A stretch of 61,191 nucleotides of DNA from Bacillota bacterium (GTDB lineage Bacteria; Bacillota; Sulfobacillia; JACIYH01): assembly GCA_014360055.1 (NCBI GenBank), contig JACIYH010000005.1, positions 1-61,191 of the forward strand, given 5' to 3'. Position numbers and translations under genes: made by a program. This document shows, piece after piece, positions 45,675 through 55,435 of this stretch (its first letter is position 1; each line of letters begins with the position of its first letter). The notes beneath the pieces were generated by a model. That model saw nothing but the letters and a program-made list of their open reading frames with translations. It was not told where the DNA came from and did no database searches.

Positions 45675-45799
45675 AGCTGCCCATCCCCTCACGGCCAGGC
45701 TGGGTAGTGATTACACCTCGGGGAGGGCACACCTTTACCCCTGTTGGGTAACGCTTTTCCCCATTTCCTGTAGCAAAGGGTAGACGGGACGCGCGGCGA

Positions 45800-46687
45800 T
45801 CAGACCGCCCGCGGACGTTCCTGGCTCCTCGAGACGACCTCTTGCAGGAAGGCGCGGAAGGCGGGCCCCAGGTCGGGGCGGGCGAGGGCGAATTCCACGG
45901 TGGCCATGAGAAAGCCCAGCTTGTCGCCCACGTCGTAGCGGGCGGCCCGGGGGCGGTAAGCGTAAAGCGGCTGGCGCCGTGCCAGTTCACGCAGGGCGTC
46001 GGTCAGCTGGATTTCTCCTCCGAAACCGGGCGGCTGGTGTTCCAGGATGGCGAACACCTCGGCGTCCAGCACGTAACGTCCTACGATGGCAAGGTGGGAG
46101 GGCGCCTCTTCGGGGCGGGGCTTTTCCACCAGATCCCGTACCCGGTACAGACCCGGAGATACTTCTTCGGCATCCACCACCCCGTAGCGCGAAACTTCCC
46201 GGGGGGTGACGGGCACCACGGCGATCACGCTGCCGTCCACGCGGGCGGCCACCTCCACCAGTTCGCCCAGGCACGGCTGCTCCCCCACGAAAACCTCGTC
46301 CCCCAGCAGTACGGCAAAGGGTTCCCGGCCCACGTGGTGGCGGGCCATGAGTACAGCGTGGCCGAGACCGCGGGGTTCGGGCTGGCGCACGTAATGCACG
46401 AAGGCGTTGTCCTCCTGCTGGATGAGATCGAGGAGGTGATCCTTGTCGCTTTGCTTCAGGTGACTCTCCAGTTCCGCGGCCCGGTCGAAGTGGTCCTCTA
46501 TGGCCCGCTTGTTTCTGCCCGTCACCAGCAGGATGTCCCTGATCCCGGCCGCCAGGGCTTCTTCCACCACGTACTGGATGATGGGGGTATCCACCAGGGG
46601 GAGCATCTCCTTGGGCTGAGCCTTGGTGGCAGGCAGGAAGCGCGTACCAAGTCCCGCCGCCGGAATGACCGCCTTTTTCACCTGCAT
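45800..46687 (-). CDS. galU: UTP--glucose-1-phosphate uridylyltransferase
   Basis: KKAVIPAAGLGTRFLPATKAQPKEMLP, GLGHAV, VEKP, EIQLTDA. Confidence 0.95.
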   Translation of the reverse strand: MQVKKAVIPAAGLGTRFLPATKAQPKEMLPLVDTPIIQYVVEEALAAGIRDILLVTGRNKRAIEDHFDRAAELESHLKQSDKDHLLDLIQQEDNAFVHYVRQPEPRGLGHAVLMARHHVGREPFAVLLGDEVFVGEQPCLGELVEVAARVDGSVIAVVPVTPREVSRYGVVDAEEVSPGLYRVRDLVEKPRPEEAPSHLAIVGRYVLDAEVFAILEHQPPGFGGEIQLTDALRELARRQPLYAYRPRAARYDVGDKLGFLMATVEFALARPDLGPAFRAFLQEVVSRSQERPRAV

Positions 46688-46855
46688 GAGCATCACTCCC
46701 CCGGTGAGTGTAGCACGGATTTCCACCTGCGGACAACCAGGAATCGTGGGACGGGCAACCCGGCCGGGGCAGCGGGGCGCGTCGTGCCGGTGGGCCACGG
46801 GATGGCCGGGGCAGCCGGGCCCGTGGTGCCGGTGGCGCCGGCCGGCCGGTCGGGC

Positions 46856-46884
46856 TTGACCCCCGCATGGGGCATTGCTACACT
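46856..46884 (+). promoter_or_regulatory. sigmaA promoter for glyQS
   Basis: TTGACC-N17-TACACT with TGn extension. Confidence 0.6.
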
Positions 46885-46913
46885 GGGCGCAGTGAACGGG
46901 AGGGGGTGGGTCT

Positions 46914-47858
46914 TTGCCCGAGCGCGCACTGCGGGCTACCCGGGGCCCCGGGACAGGGGGGGGCCGCTACCTGCAGGACATCATACATACCCTGGATCGG
47001 TTCTGGGCCGGGCAGGGCTGCCTGATCTGGTTCCCCTATGACGTGGAGAAAGGGGCCGGCACCATGAACCCGGCCACCTTCCTGCGTGTGCTGGGACCGG
47101 AGCCCTGGCGGGTTGCCTACGTGGAACCTTCCCGGCGGCCGGCCGACGGCAGGTACGGAGACAACCCCAACCGGCTGTACCAGCACCTCCAGTATCAGGT
47201 AATCATGAAGCCTTCGCCCGACGACATCCAGGACGTCTACCTGGAGAGCCTGGAGGCAATCGGGCTCGACCGGCGCTCCCACGACATCCGCTTCGTGGAG
47301 GACAACTGGGAATCCCCCACCCTGGGCGCTTCGGGCCAGGGCTGGGAGGTGTGGGCCGACGGGATGGAGATCACCCAGTTCACCTACTTCCAGACCGTGG
47401 GAGGGCGTGAGTGCCGGCCGGTGGCGGTGGAGATAACGTACGGTCTGGAGCGCCTGGCCGCCTACATCCAGGGCGTGGAAGACATCTACCGCGTCGCCCT
47501 GTCGCCCCAGATGACCTACCACGACCTGTTCCGCCGGAATGAATGGGAGCAGTCCCGCTACAGTTTCGAGGTGGCGGACGTCGCCCTCATGCGCCAGTTG
47601 TTCGACGCCTACGAGGCGGAGGCCACCCGCTGCCTGGAGGCGGGGCTGCTTCTGCCTGCCTACGATTACGTCCTCAAGTGTTCGCACACCTTCAACATCC
47701 TGGACGCCCGGGGTGCGGTGAGCCTGGGCGAGCGGACCTCCTACCTGACCCGGTGTCGTCACCTGGCCCGCCGGTGTGCCGATCTGTACCTGGAGCAGAG
47801 GGAAGAGGCCGGCTACCCCTGGCGGGACCGCTGGGGAGAGGGGCCGGGCGCATGCTGA
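46914..47858 (+). CDS. glyQ: Glycine--tRNA ligase alpha subunit
   Basis: [47 protein letters not shown]. Confidence 0.96.
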   Translation: MPERALRATRGPGTGGGRYLQDIIHTLDRFWAGQGCLIWFPYDVEKGAGTMNPATFLRVLGPEPWRVAYVEPSRRPADGRYGDNPNRLYQHLQYQVIMKPSPDDIQDVYLESLEAIGLDRRSHDIRFVEDNWESPTLGASGQGWEVWADGMEITQFTYFQTVGGRECRPVAVEITYGLERLAAYIQGVEDIYRVALSPQMTYHDLFRRNEWEQSRYSFEVADVALMRQLFDAYEAEATRCLEAGLLLPAYDYVLKCSHTFNILDARGAVSLGERTSYLTRCRHLARRCADLYLEQREEAGYPWRDRWGEGPGAC

Positions 47859-47871
47859 GGGGGCTGGACGC

Positions 47872-49965
47872 ATGGATTTCGTGATGGAGGTGGGCGTGGA
47901 AGAGGTGCCGGCCCGGTTCCTGCCGCCGGCCCTGGCGCAACTGGAGGAGATGGGGTGGCGGGCACTGGAGGAAGCCCGCCTGCGCCCCGCCTCGCTCTCG
48001 GCCCTGGGGACTCCCCGGCGCCTGGTGCTGCGGGTGGAGGGCCTGCCCGAGCGGCAGGAACCCCGGGTGGTCAAGGTGAGAGGCCCTTCCCGGCGGGTGG
48101 CGTTCGACGAACAGGGCCGTCCCACCCGGGCGGCCCTCGGGTTCGCCGCCGGCCAGGGGGTGGCGGTCGAAGACCTGGTGGTGGAGGACACCCCTGGGGG
48201 CGAGTACGTCTTCGCCAGACGGCTTGAGGAGGGTGGCCCCGCCGGCCAGGTGCTGTCCGAATTGATGCCGCGCCTGCTGGGGGCGCTGGAGTTCCCCCGC
48301 ATGATGCGCTGGGGTTGGGGAGAGTTCCGCTTCGTGCGGCCGGTACGGTGGATCCTGGCCCTGCTGGAGGACCGGGTGGTGCCCTTTTCCTTCGCCGGGG
48401 TACACAGCGGGCGCACCACCCGCGGCCACCGCTCCCTGCACCCGGGCCCCCTCGACGTGGGCCACGCGCGGGACTACCTGCGGGCAGTGACGGAGGCCGG
48501 GGTGGTGCTGGACCCGGCCGCGCGTCGGCTCCAGATCAGGGAGGCGGTGGAGAGGGCCGCGGCCCGCGCGGGCGGAGAGGTGCTGTGGGACGAAGAACTG
48601 GCCGAGGAAGTAACTTTCCTGGCGGAGCACCCCACCGCCGTGGAAGGGCGGTTCGAGCCCGATTATCTCTCGCTGCCCCGTGAGGTGATCATCACCGTAC
48701 TCCGGCACCACCAGCGCTTTTTCGCCGTACGCGTACCGGGCGACCCGGCTGCCCTGCTCCCTGCCTTCGTAGGGGTGCGGGATGGGGGCGAGGAGGGTAT
48801 CGAGATCGTCCGGGCCGGGTACGAGCGGGTGGTACAGGCCCGGCTGGCGGATGCCCGCTTTTTCTACGGAGAAGACCTCAAGGTCCCCCTCGAGCGCTGG
48901 GGGGAGTCCCTGGCCGGGGTGGGGTTCCTCGAGGGTATGGGTACGCTCCAGGACAAGGTGACCCGCATGGAGGCCCTGGCCGGCTTTCTGGCCTACTCCT
49001 TCGGGCTGGACGAGCGCCTCACCGCGGTCTGCCGGCGGGCGGCCCGTCTCTCCAAGGCGGACCGCGCCACCTCCATGGTGCGGGAACTCCCCGAACTGGA
49101 GGGCGTCATGGGCAGGGAATACGCCCTGCGTTCGGGCGAGGACCCCGCCGTGGCCGGTGCCATCCGCGACCACTACCTGCCCCGCTTTGCCGGGGACGAA
49201 TTGCCCGCTTCCCTTGCGGGGATGGTGGTAAGCCTGGCCGATCGGCTGGATACGCTGGTGGGCGCCTTCGCCGCCGGCCTGGAGCCCACCGGGTCCCAGG
49301 ACCCCTACGGGCTGCGGCGGGCGGCGTACGGCCTGGTGCGCATCCTGTGGGCGGCCGGGCTGCGGCTGTCCCTGGGCTGGGCCATTGAGGAGGCCCAGGC
49401 CGCCTACCGCCAGGTGCTCGGCCGGCCAGAGCTGGCGCAGGGGGAGGCGGCCGAACGGGTCAAAGGCGCGCTGCTCGATTTCCTGCGCCAGCGGGTACGC
49501 AACCTGTTCGGCGAGCAGGGTATCCGGCCCGACTTCATCGAGGCGGTGGTGGGTGCCACGGACGATGTGAGCGACGCCTGGAACCGGGCCCGCTCACTGC
49601 AGGAGGCCAAGGACTACCCCGAGTTCGCCGATGCGCTGGCCGCCTTCCGGCGGGTGGTGACCCTGGCCGAGAAGGCGGAGGACGATACGGTGGACCCGGC
49701 GCTCCTGCGTGAGCCCCCCGAGCGCCAGCTCTGGGAGGCCTACCAGGCCTGCCGGCCCGTCGCCCGTGCTTACGCCGAGGCGGGGGACTGGCGGCGCTTC
49801 CTGGCGGCGGTGGCCACCCTGCGCCCGGCAGTGGACGCCTTCCTGGACCGCGTGCTGGTGATGGCGCCCGAAGAGCCCCTGCGGCGCAACCGGCTGGCGC
49901 TGCTGAGGCGGCTGGCCGATCTCTTCGGCCTGCTGGGAGACCTCTCCCGCGTGCTGGTGCTGTAA
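47872..49965 (+). CDS. glyS: Glycine--tRNA ligase beta subunit
   Basis: EVGVEEVP, TPRRL, FVRPVRW, ARLADARFF, ELPELEGVMG, GSQDPYGLRR, NRLALL. Confidence 0.95.
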   Translation: MDFVMEVGVEEVPARFLPPALAQLEEMGWRALEEARLRPASLSALGTPRRLVLRVEGLPERQEPRVVKVRGPSRRVAFDEQGRPTRAALGFAAGQGVAVEDLVVEDTPGGEYVFARRLEEGGPAGQVLSELMPRLLGALEFPRMMRWGWGEFRFVRPVRWILALLEDRVVPFSFAGVHSGRTTRGHRSLHPGPLDVGHARDYLRAVTEAGVVLDPAARRLQIREAVERAAARAGGEVLWDEELAEEVTFLAEHPTAVEGRFEPDYLSLPREVIITVLRHHQRFFAVRVPGDPAALLPAFVGVRDGGEEGIEIVRAGYERVVQARLADARFFYGEDLKVPLERWGESLAGVGFLEGMGTLQDKVTRMEALAGFLAYSFGLDERLTAVCRRAARLSKADRATSMVRELPELEGVMGREYALRSGEDPAVAGAIRDHYLPRFAGDELPASLAGMVVSLADRLDTLVGAFAAGLEPTGSQDPYGLRRAAYGLVRILWAAGLRLSLGWAIEEAQAAYRQVLGRPELAQGEAAERVKGALLDFLRQRVRNLFGEQGIRPDFIEAVVGATDDVSDAWNRARSLQEAKDYPEFADALAAFRRVVTLAEKAEDDTVDPALLREPPERQLWEAYQACRPVARAYAEAGDWRRFLAAVATLRPAVDAFLDRVLVMAPEEPLRRNRLALLRRLADLFGLLGDLSRVLVL

Positions 49966-50079
49966 CCGCTGCCCCTACCCGGCCCCGGCTCGCGGCGCGC
50001 GCATCCAGAAAATGGAGCCAGGGAGGATGGGAGGGGCCGGTGGCGAAATAGGGTATGTACGTGACGGGGTGGTGATCCC

Positions 50080-50919
50080 GTGGACGCCGGAGAGAGCGCC
50101 CGGACCCTGGTCTTCGTGGTCTCCGACTCCCTGGGGGAAACGGCGGAACTGGTGGCCCGGGCGGCGGCCATCCAGTTCGATTCCCACCGCATGGAATTCG
50201 TGCGCGTTCCCTACGTGGAGGATGCCCGGGTGCTCGCAGGGGTGTTCGAACACGCCCGCACCCGGCCCAGCCTGCTGGTGTACACCCTGGTGCGTCCCGA
50301 CCTGCGGCAACTGGTGGAGCGAGAGTCGCGGCGCCTGGGTATTCCCGCGGTGGATGTGCTGGGACCCCTGCTGGAGGCCATGGAGAAGGTGGCGGGCTTC
50401 CCGCCCCGCCTGCAGCCCCGCCTGATCCGCCAGCTCGACGAAGCCTATTTCCGCCGCATCGAGGCGGTGGAGTTCGCGGTGAAGTACGATGACGGGCGGG
50501 ACCTGAGGGGCCTCGGCCGGGCGGACCTGGTCCTGCTGGGGGTGTCGAGGACCTCCAAGACGCCGGTGAGCCTTTACCTGGCCCAGCGGGGTTACAAGGT
50601 GGCCAATGTGCCGCTGGTGCCGGAGATCCCGCTGCCCGAGGAACTCCTCGCCCTGCCCCGGGGCAAGGTGGTGGGTCTGACCATCGCCCCCGAGTGCCTC
50701 TGTGCGATCCGGAGCGAACGCGTCCGCACCATGGGCCTGAACGGGCCGGCGCGCTATGCCGATCCCGACCGCGTCAGGGATGAGCTGGCCTACGCCCGGG
50801 AAGTCTTCCGGCGCCTGGGTTGCCCCGTGGTGGATGTAACGCACCGTGCCGTGGAAGAAACTGCTAATCGCGTGCTCGAGGTGACCAGGCCTTTTCGGGA
50901 GGGGGAAGCCGTTGAGTAA
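50080..50919 (+). CDS. yqfL: Pyruvate phosphate dikinase regulatory protein (DUF299)
   Basis: SDSLGETAE, YFRRIEAVEFAVKYDDG, GVSRTSKTP, AVEETA. Confidence 0.92.
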   Translation: MDAGESARTLVFVVSDSLGETAELVARAAAIQFDSHRMEFVRVPYVEDARVLAGVFEHARTRPSLLVYTLVRPDLRQLVERESRRLGIPAVDVLGPLLEAMEKVAGFPPRLQPRLIRQLDEAYFRRIEAVEFAVKYDDGRDLRGLGRADLVLLGVSRTSKTPVSLYLAQRGYKVANVPLVPEIPLPEELLALPRGKVVGLTIAPECLCAIRSERVRTMGLNGPARYADPDRVRDELAYAREVFRRLGCPVVDVTHRAVEETANRVLEVTRPFREGEAVE

Positions 50920-53671
50920 CCGGACTTGTGACCGCTACGTGTACATGTTCGAAGAGGGCCACGGGTCCTGGCGGGACCTGCTGGGGGGCAAGGGGGCCGG
51001 GCTGGCGGAGATGACGCGCATCGGCCTGCCGGTGCCACCCGGGTTCACCATCACCACCCGGGCCTGTGCAGACTACTACCGCCTGGGCAAGCGCCTGCCC
51101 CCGGGGCTCCGCGAGGAGATCCGTGCGGCCATGGCCAGGCTGGAAGAAAGGACGGGCAGGGCGCTGGGCGACCCGGGGCGGCCGCTGCTGGTGTCGGTAC
51201 GCTCGGGGGCACCGGTGTCCATGCCGGGCATGATGGACACCATCCTCAACCTGGGCCTCAACCCCGAGACCGTCGCCGGTCTCGCCTCCCAGACGGACGC
51301 CGGGTTCGCCTACGATTGTTACCGGCGCTTCATCCAGATGTTCGCCAACGTGGTGCTGAAGATGGAGCACCGCCGTTTCGAGGAGTTGCTGGAGGCCAAG
51401 AAGCGCGCGGTGAGGGTTGACCAGGACCAGTTGGTGCCGGCGGCTGCCTGGCAGGAGCTGGTGGAAGAGTACCTGGCCCTGGTGGAGAGGGAGACGGGCC
51501 GGCCTTTCCCCCAGGATCCCTGGGAGCAACTGGAGCGGGCGGTGGGTGCGGTGTTCGAGTCCTGGGACAACCCACGCGCCCGGGTCTACCGGCGCGTGAA
51601 CCGCATCCCCGACGACCTGGGGACGGCGGTGAACGTGCAGACCATGGTTTTCGGTAACCTGGGGGACCACTCGGCCACCGGGGTCATGTTCACCCGCAAC
51701 CCCTCTACCGGGGAGAAGAGGGTATATGGCGAGTACCTGGTGCGGGCCCAGGGTGAGGACGTGGTGGCCGGCCTGCGCACCCCCCAGCCCCTGGAACGCA
51801 TGGAAGAGGAAATGCCTGCCACCTATCGGCAGATCCTGGACGTGGCTCGGCTGCTGGAAGAGCACTACCGCGATGTGCAGGACATCGAGTTCACGGTGCA
51901 GGAGGGCAAGCTGTACGTCCTCCAGACCAGGTCGGGCAAGCGCACGGCCCGGGCCGCCATCCGCACCGCCGTGGATATGGTGCGCGAGGGGCTCATCACC
52001 CGGGAGGAAGCCATCGGCCGGGTTGACCCCGCTCAAGTGGTGCAGATGCTCCACCGTGGCGTCGACCCGGACTTCCGCACCCCACCGCTGGCCACAGGGC
52101 TCCCTGCTTCCCCGGGGGCGGCCACCGGGAAGGTGGTGTTCGACGCCGACCGGGCGGAAGTGCTGGGCGCCCAGGGCGAGGCGGTCATCCTGGTTCGGCC
52201 GGAGACCACGCCCGACGACATGCACGGGATCGTGCAGAGCCGGGGCATCCTCACCAGCCGTGGCGGGATGACCTGCCATGCCGCCATCGTGGCCCGCCAC
52301 ATGGGTAAGCCCTGCGTGGTGGGGTGTGAGGCGCTGCGCATCGACCTGGAGGCCCGCGAATTCTGGGTGGGGCCGACCCGGGTGGGCGAGGGAGACGTGA
52401 TCTCCATGGACGGTGCCACCGGGCGCGTATTTGCAGGAGAAGTGCCCCTGGTGGATCCCGAGTTGAGCGCGGAGTTCTTGGAACTGCTGAAGTGGGCCGA
52501 TGAGGTACGCGTCCTGGGGGTGAGGGCCAACGCCGACACCCCCGAGGACGCCCGGCGGGCCCGGGAGTTCGGTGCCGCCGGCATCGGACTGTGCCGGACC
52601 GAGCACATGTTCATGGCCGCCGACCGGCTCCCCGTGGTGCAGGAGATGATCATGGCCGAGACCGAGGAGGAGCGCCGGGCGGCCCTGGATCGCCTCCTGC
52701 CCATGCAGGAAGGTGACTTCTACGAGATCCTGCGCGCCATGGAGGGGCTGCCGGTCACCATCCGCCTGCTGGACCCGCCCCTGCACGAGTTCCTGCCCCG
52801 CGTGGAAGAGCTGGCGGAACGCGTGCGTGACCTGCGCGCCCGCCTGGCCGCCAGCCCCGGCCACTGGCCATCGTCGGGGGAAGGGGCCGTGTTGACGGGG
52901 GAGCCACCGGCCGGGGATCCCGGTGTGGCGGGGGAATTGGCCCGCACGGAAAAGCTGTTGCGCCGGGCCCGGGCCCTGCAGGAGGCCAACCCCATGCTGG
53001 GCCTCCGGGGGTGCCGCCTGGGCATCCTCTACCCCGAGGTATACGAGATGCAGGCCCGGGCCATCTTCGGGGCGACTGCCCGCCTGGTGCGAGAAGGGGT
53101 GGACGCCCGCCCCGAGGTCATGATCCCGCTGGTGGGAATTGCCCGGGAACTGGAGATCATGAGGGAACTCGTCGAGAGGGTGGGCCGGCAGGTGATGGAG
53201 GAGAGCGGCGTCACCTTCCCCCTGGTGGTGGGGACCATGATCGAGGTGCCGCGGGCCTGCCTGACGGCGGGGGAGATCGCCCGCCACGCCGACTTCTTCT
53301 CATTCGGCACCAATGACCTCACCCAGACCACCTTCGGCTTCTCCCGGGATGACGCCGAGGCCAAGTTCCTTCCCCATTACGTGGAGAAGAAGCTGGTGCC
53401 GGAGAATCCCTTCATGACCCTGGACGAGCACGGCGTGGGCCGCCTCATGGCCATGGCCGTGCAGGAAGGACGGGCTGTGCGCCCCGACCTCAAGGTGGGT
53501 ATTTGCGGGGAACACGGGGGTGATCCCGCCTCGATAGACCTGTGTCACCGGCTGGGGCTGAACTACGTGAGTTGCTCTCCGTTCCGCGTACCCGTGGCCC
53601 GGCTGGCCGCGGCCCGGGCAGCCATCCGGAACCGGGAGCCGACGGGAGGTGATGGACCTGGGAATGCCTGA
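50912..53671 (+). CDS. ppdK: Pyruvate, phosphate dikinase
   Basis: LGGKGAGLAEM, SMPGMMDT, GGMTCHAA, GLCRTEHMF, FSFGTNDLTQ, GICGEHGG. Confidence 0.96.
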   Translation: MSNRTCDRYVYMFEEGHGSWRDLLGGKGAGLAEMTRIGLPVPPGFTITTRACADYYRLGKRLPPGLREEIRAAMARLEERTGRALGDPGRPLLVSVRSGAPVSMPGMMDTILNLGLNPETVAGLASQTDAGFAYDCYRRFIQMFANVVLKMEHRRFEELLEAKKRAVRVDQDQLVPAAAWQELVEEYLALVERETGRPFPQDPWEQLERAVGAVFESWDNPRARVYRRVNRIPDDLGTAVNVQTMVFGNLGDHSATGVMFTRNPSTGEKRVYGEYLVRAQGEDVVAGLRTPQPLERMEEEMPATYRQILDVARLLEEHYRDVQDIEFTVQEGKLYVLQTRSGKRTARAAIRTAVDMVREGLITREEAIGRVDPAQVVQMLHRGVDPDFRTPPLATGLPASPGAATGKVVFDADRAEVLGAQGEAVILVRPETTPDDMHGIVQSRGILTSRGGMTCHAAIVARHMGKPCVVGCEALRIDLEAREFWVGPTRVGEGDVISMDGATGRVFAGEVPLVDPELSAEFLELLKWADEVRVLGVRANADTPEDARRAREFGAAGIGLCRTEHMFMAADRLPVVQEMIMAETEEERRAALDRLLPMQEGDFYEILRAMEGLPVTIRLLDPPLHEFLPRVEELAERVRDLRARLAASPGHWPSSGEGAVLTGEPPAGDPGVAGELARTEKLLRRARALQEANPMLGLRGCRLGILYPEVYEMQARAIFGATARLVREGVDARPEVMIPLVGIARELEIMRELVERVGRQVMEESGVTFPLVVGTMIEVPRACLTAGEIARHADFFSFGTNDLTQTTFGFSRDDAEAKFLPHYVEKKLVPENPFMTLDEHGVGRLMAMAVQEGRAVRPDLKVGICGEHGGDPASIDLCHRLGLNYVSCSPFRVPVARLAAARAAIRNREPTGGDGPGNA

Positions 53672-54131
53672 TTGGGGAGACATAGGCTTGCTGGCCCTGG
53701 GCCTGGCCGCCCTGGTGGCGGCGGTGCCCCTGGCTGGTGCCCTGGTGCAGTTGCGGGCGGCGGCCCGCGCGTGGGCGCAGGTGGCGGCCGGGGTGCAGGA
53801 GGTACTGCCCGCCTTCGGGGAGTCCGCCCGCCAGGTGGGGGAGGCGGCCGCCGGGGTGCGGGAGACGGCCCGGGCGGTGGGCGGGGCGGCCGAGGCCGTG
53901 GCCGGCGCGGCGGACGGCGTGCGGGCGCGCGCCGAACAACTCGCCCTCACCGTGGATGCCGTCACCGGGGCGGCGTCGAGCGCCCGCAAGAGCGCTGACA
54001 CGCTGCGGCTGGCCCTGGGGGTGCTGGAGAAGACGGCCCTACCCCTCCTGATCCGCCTGGTGGGGTGGAGGGCGGGACTGACCGAAGGCATAGCCTATCT
54101 GCTCAGAGGGAGGAGGAAGAAAGGTGGCTGA
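53649..54131 (+). CDS. DUF948/YtxG-like membrane-anchored coiled-coil protein
   Basis: N-terminal TM helix, Ala-rich amphipathic repeats, position upstream of a YtxH gene. Confidence 0.55.
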   Translation: MMDLGMPDWGDIGLLALGLAALVAAVPLAGALVQLRAAARAWAQVAAGVQEVLPAFGESARQVGEAAAGVRETARAVGGAAEAVAGAADGVRARAEQLALTVDAVTGAASSARKSADTLRLALGVLEKTALPLLIRLVGWRAGLTEGIAYLLRGRRKKGG

Positions 54132-54396
54132 ATCGCGCTTTTGGGAGGGCTTCCTGATCGGGGGCCTGGTCGGCCTGGCAGCCGGACTCCTTTTCGCCCC
54201 TCAATCCGGTGCCGAGAGCCGGCGGCTGGTGATGGAGAAGGGCCGCGAGGTGGCCGACGCCGCGGCCCGTGGATACCAGAGCACCGCTGCCCGGGTGGGC
54301 GAAGCCGCCCGTACGGTACGTGAGGCGGTCAGCCGGGGACGCGAGGTGGCGGTCGAGGTCACCTCGGAACTGACCGAGCAGGCCGAGCAGAACTGA
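54124..54396 (+). CDS. YtxH domain protein
   Basis: FWEGFLIGGLVGLAAGLLFAPQSGAESR. Confidence 0.85.
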   Translation: MAESRFWEGFLIGGLVGLAAGLLFAPQSGAESRRLVMEKGREVADAAARGYQSTAARVGEAARTVREAVSRGREVAVEVTSELTEQAEQN

Positions 54397-54406
54397 AACC
54401 GGCGGG

Positions 54407-55435
54407 GTGGCGGGCGTGGGGGGGCCGGACCGGGTACGGGAGGCAACGGAGGAACTGGAGGAGCGGGTGCTCTCGCCGCGGGCGACCCTGAGCAGCTGCA
54501 GCCGGGGTCGCCTGCGCCCCGAGCCGCCCTGCCCGGTGCGCACCGCTTTCCAGAGAGACCGGGACCGCATCATCCACTCGAAGGCCTTCCGGCGTCTGAA
54601 GCATAAGACCCAGGTCTTCATCGCCCCCGAGGGCGACCACTACCGCACCCGTCTCACCCACACCCTGGAGGTGGCGCAGATCGCCCGCACCATCGCTCGG
54701 GGGCTGCGCCTGAACGAGGACCTGACCGAGGCCATCGCCCTGGGCCACGACCTCGGGCACACCCCCTTCGGCCACGCGGGGGAGGAGGTGCTGCAGGCGC
54801 TGCACCCCGGCGGTTTCCGGCACAACGAACAGGGGCTGCGGGTGGTGGATGTGCTGGAAAACGGCGGCCGGGGCCTCAACCTCACCTGGGAGGTGCGGGA
54901 TGGCATTCTCTGCCATGTCCCCGATCGTCAACCGGCCACGCCCGAAGGCCAGGTGGTGCAACTGGCGGACCGCATTGCTTTCCTGAACCACGACATTGAC
55001 GACGCCATCCGGGGCGGGGTGCTGGCCCCCGGTGACCTCCCCCAGTCCTGCCTGGAGGTGCTGGGCCGCACCCACTCGGAGCGCATCGCCACCATGGTGC
55101 GGGACGTCATCGCCACCTCGTGGGAGTCCGATGGCGTGCGCATGAGCCCGGCGGTTGGAGAGGCCACCGATGAACTGCACCGCTTCATGTTCGCCCGCGT
55201 CTACACGGAACGTGCCGTGGCCAAGCGGGAGGAGGCCAAGGCCCGGCACCTGCTGGAGATGCTGTACCGGTACTACCTCGACCATCCCGGTGAGATGTAC
55301 GGGGGCACGGGTCCCCCTCCCGGAGAAGATGTTGCAGGAGCCGTACGGGACTATGTGGCGGGTATGACCGACCGCTTCGCCATCTCCCAGTATTGTCGCC
55401 TCTTCCTCCCCGCCCCCTGGGGACGTCCTCTATGA
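54407..55435 (+). CDS. dgt: dGTP triphosphohydrolase-like protein
   Basis: FQRDRDRIIHSKAFRRLKHKTQVF, RTRLTHTLEV, HDLGHTPFGHAGE, DYVAGMTD. Confidence 0.93.
   Translation: MAGVGGPDRVREATEELEERVLSPRATLSSCSRGRLRPEPPCPVRTAFQRDRDRIIHSKAFRRLKHKTQVFIAPEGDHYRTRLTHTLEVAQIARTIARGLRLNEDLTEAIALGHDLGHTPFGHAGEEVLQALHPGGFRHNEQGLRVVDVLENGGRGLNLTWEVRDGILCHVPDRQPATPEGQVVQLADRIAFLNHDIDDAIRGGVLAPGDLPQSCLEVLGRTHSERIATMVRDVIATSWESDGVRMSPAVGEATDELHRFMFARVYTERAVAKREEAKARHLLEMLYRYYLDHPGEMYGGTGPPPGEDVAGAVRDYVAGMTDRFAISQYCRLFLPAPWGRPL

Noticed and set aside
50864-53287. Long antisense ORFs (807 aa here; also 25753-27633, 40180-41688, 11877-13445 and others)
   Set aside because: These are typical stop-poor antisense shadows of high-GC genes and show no recognisable motifs.
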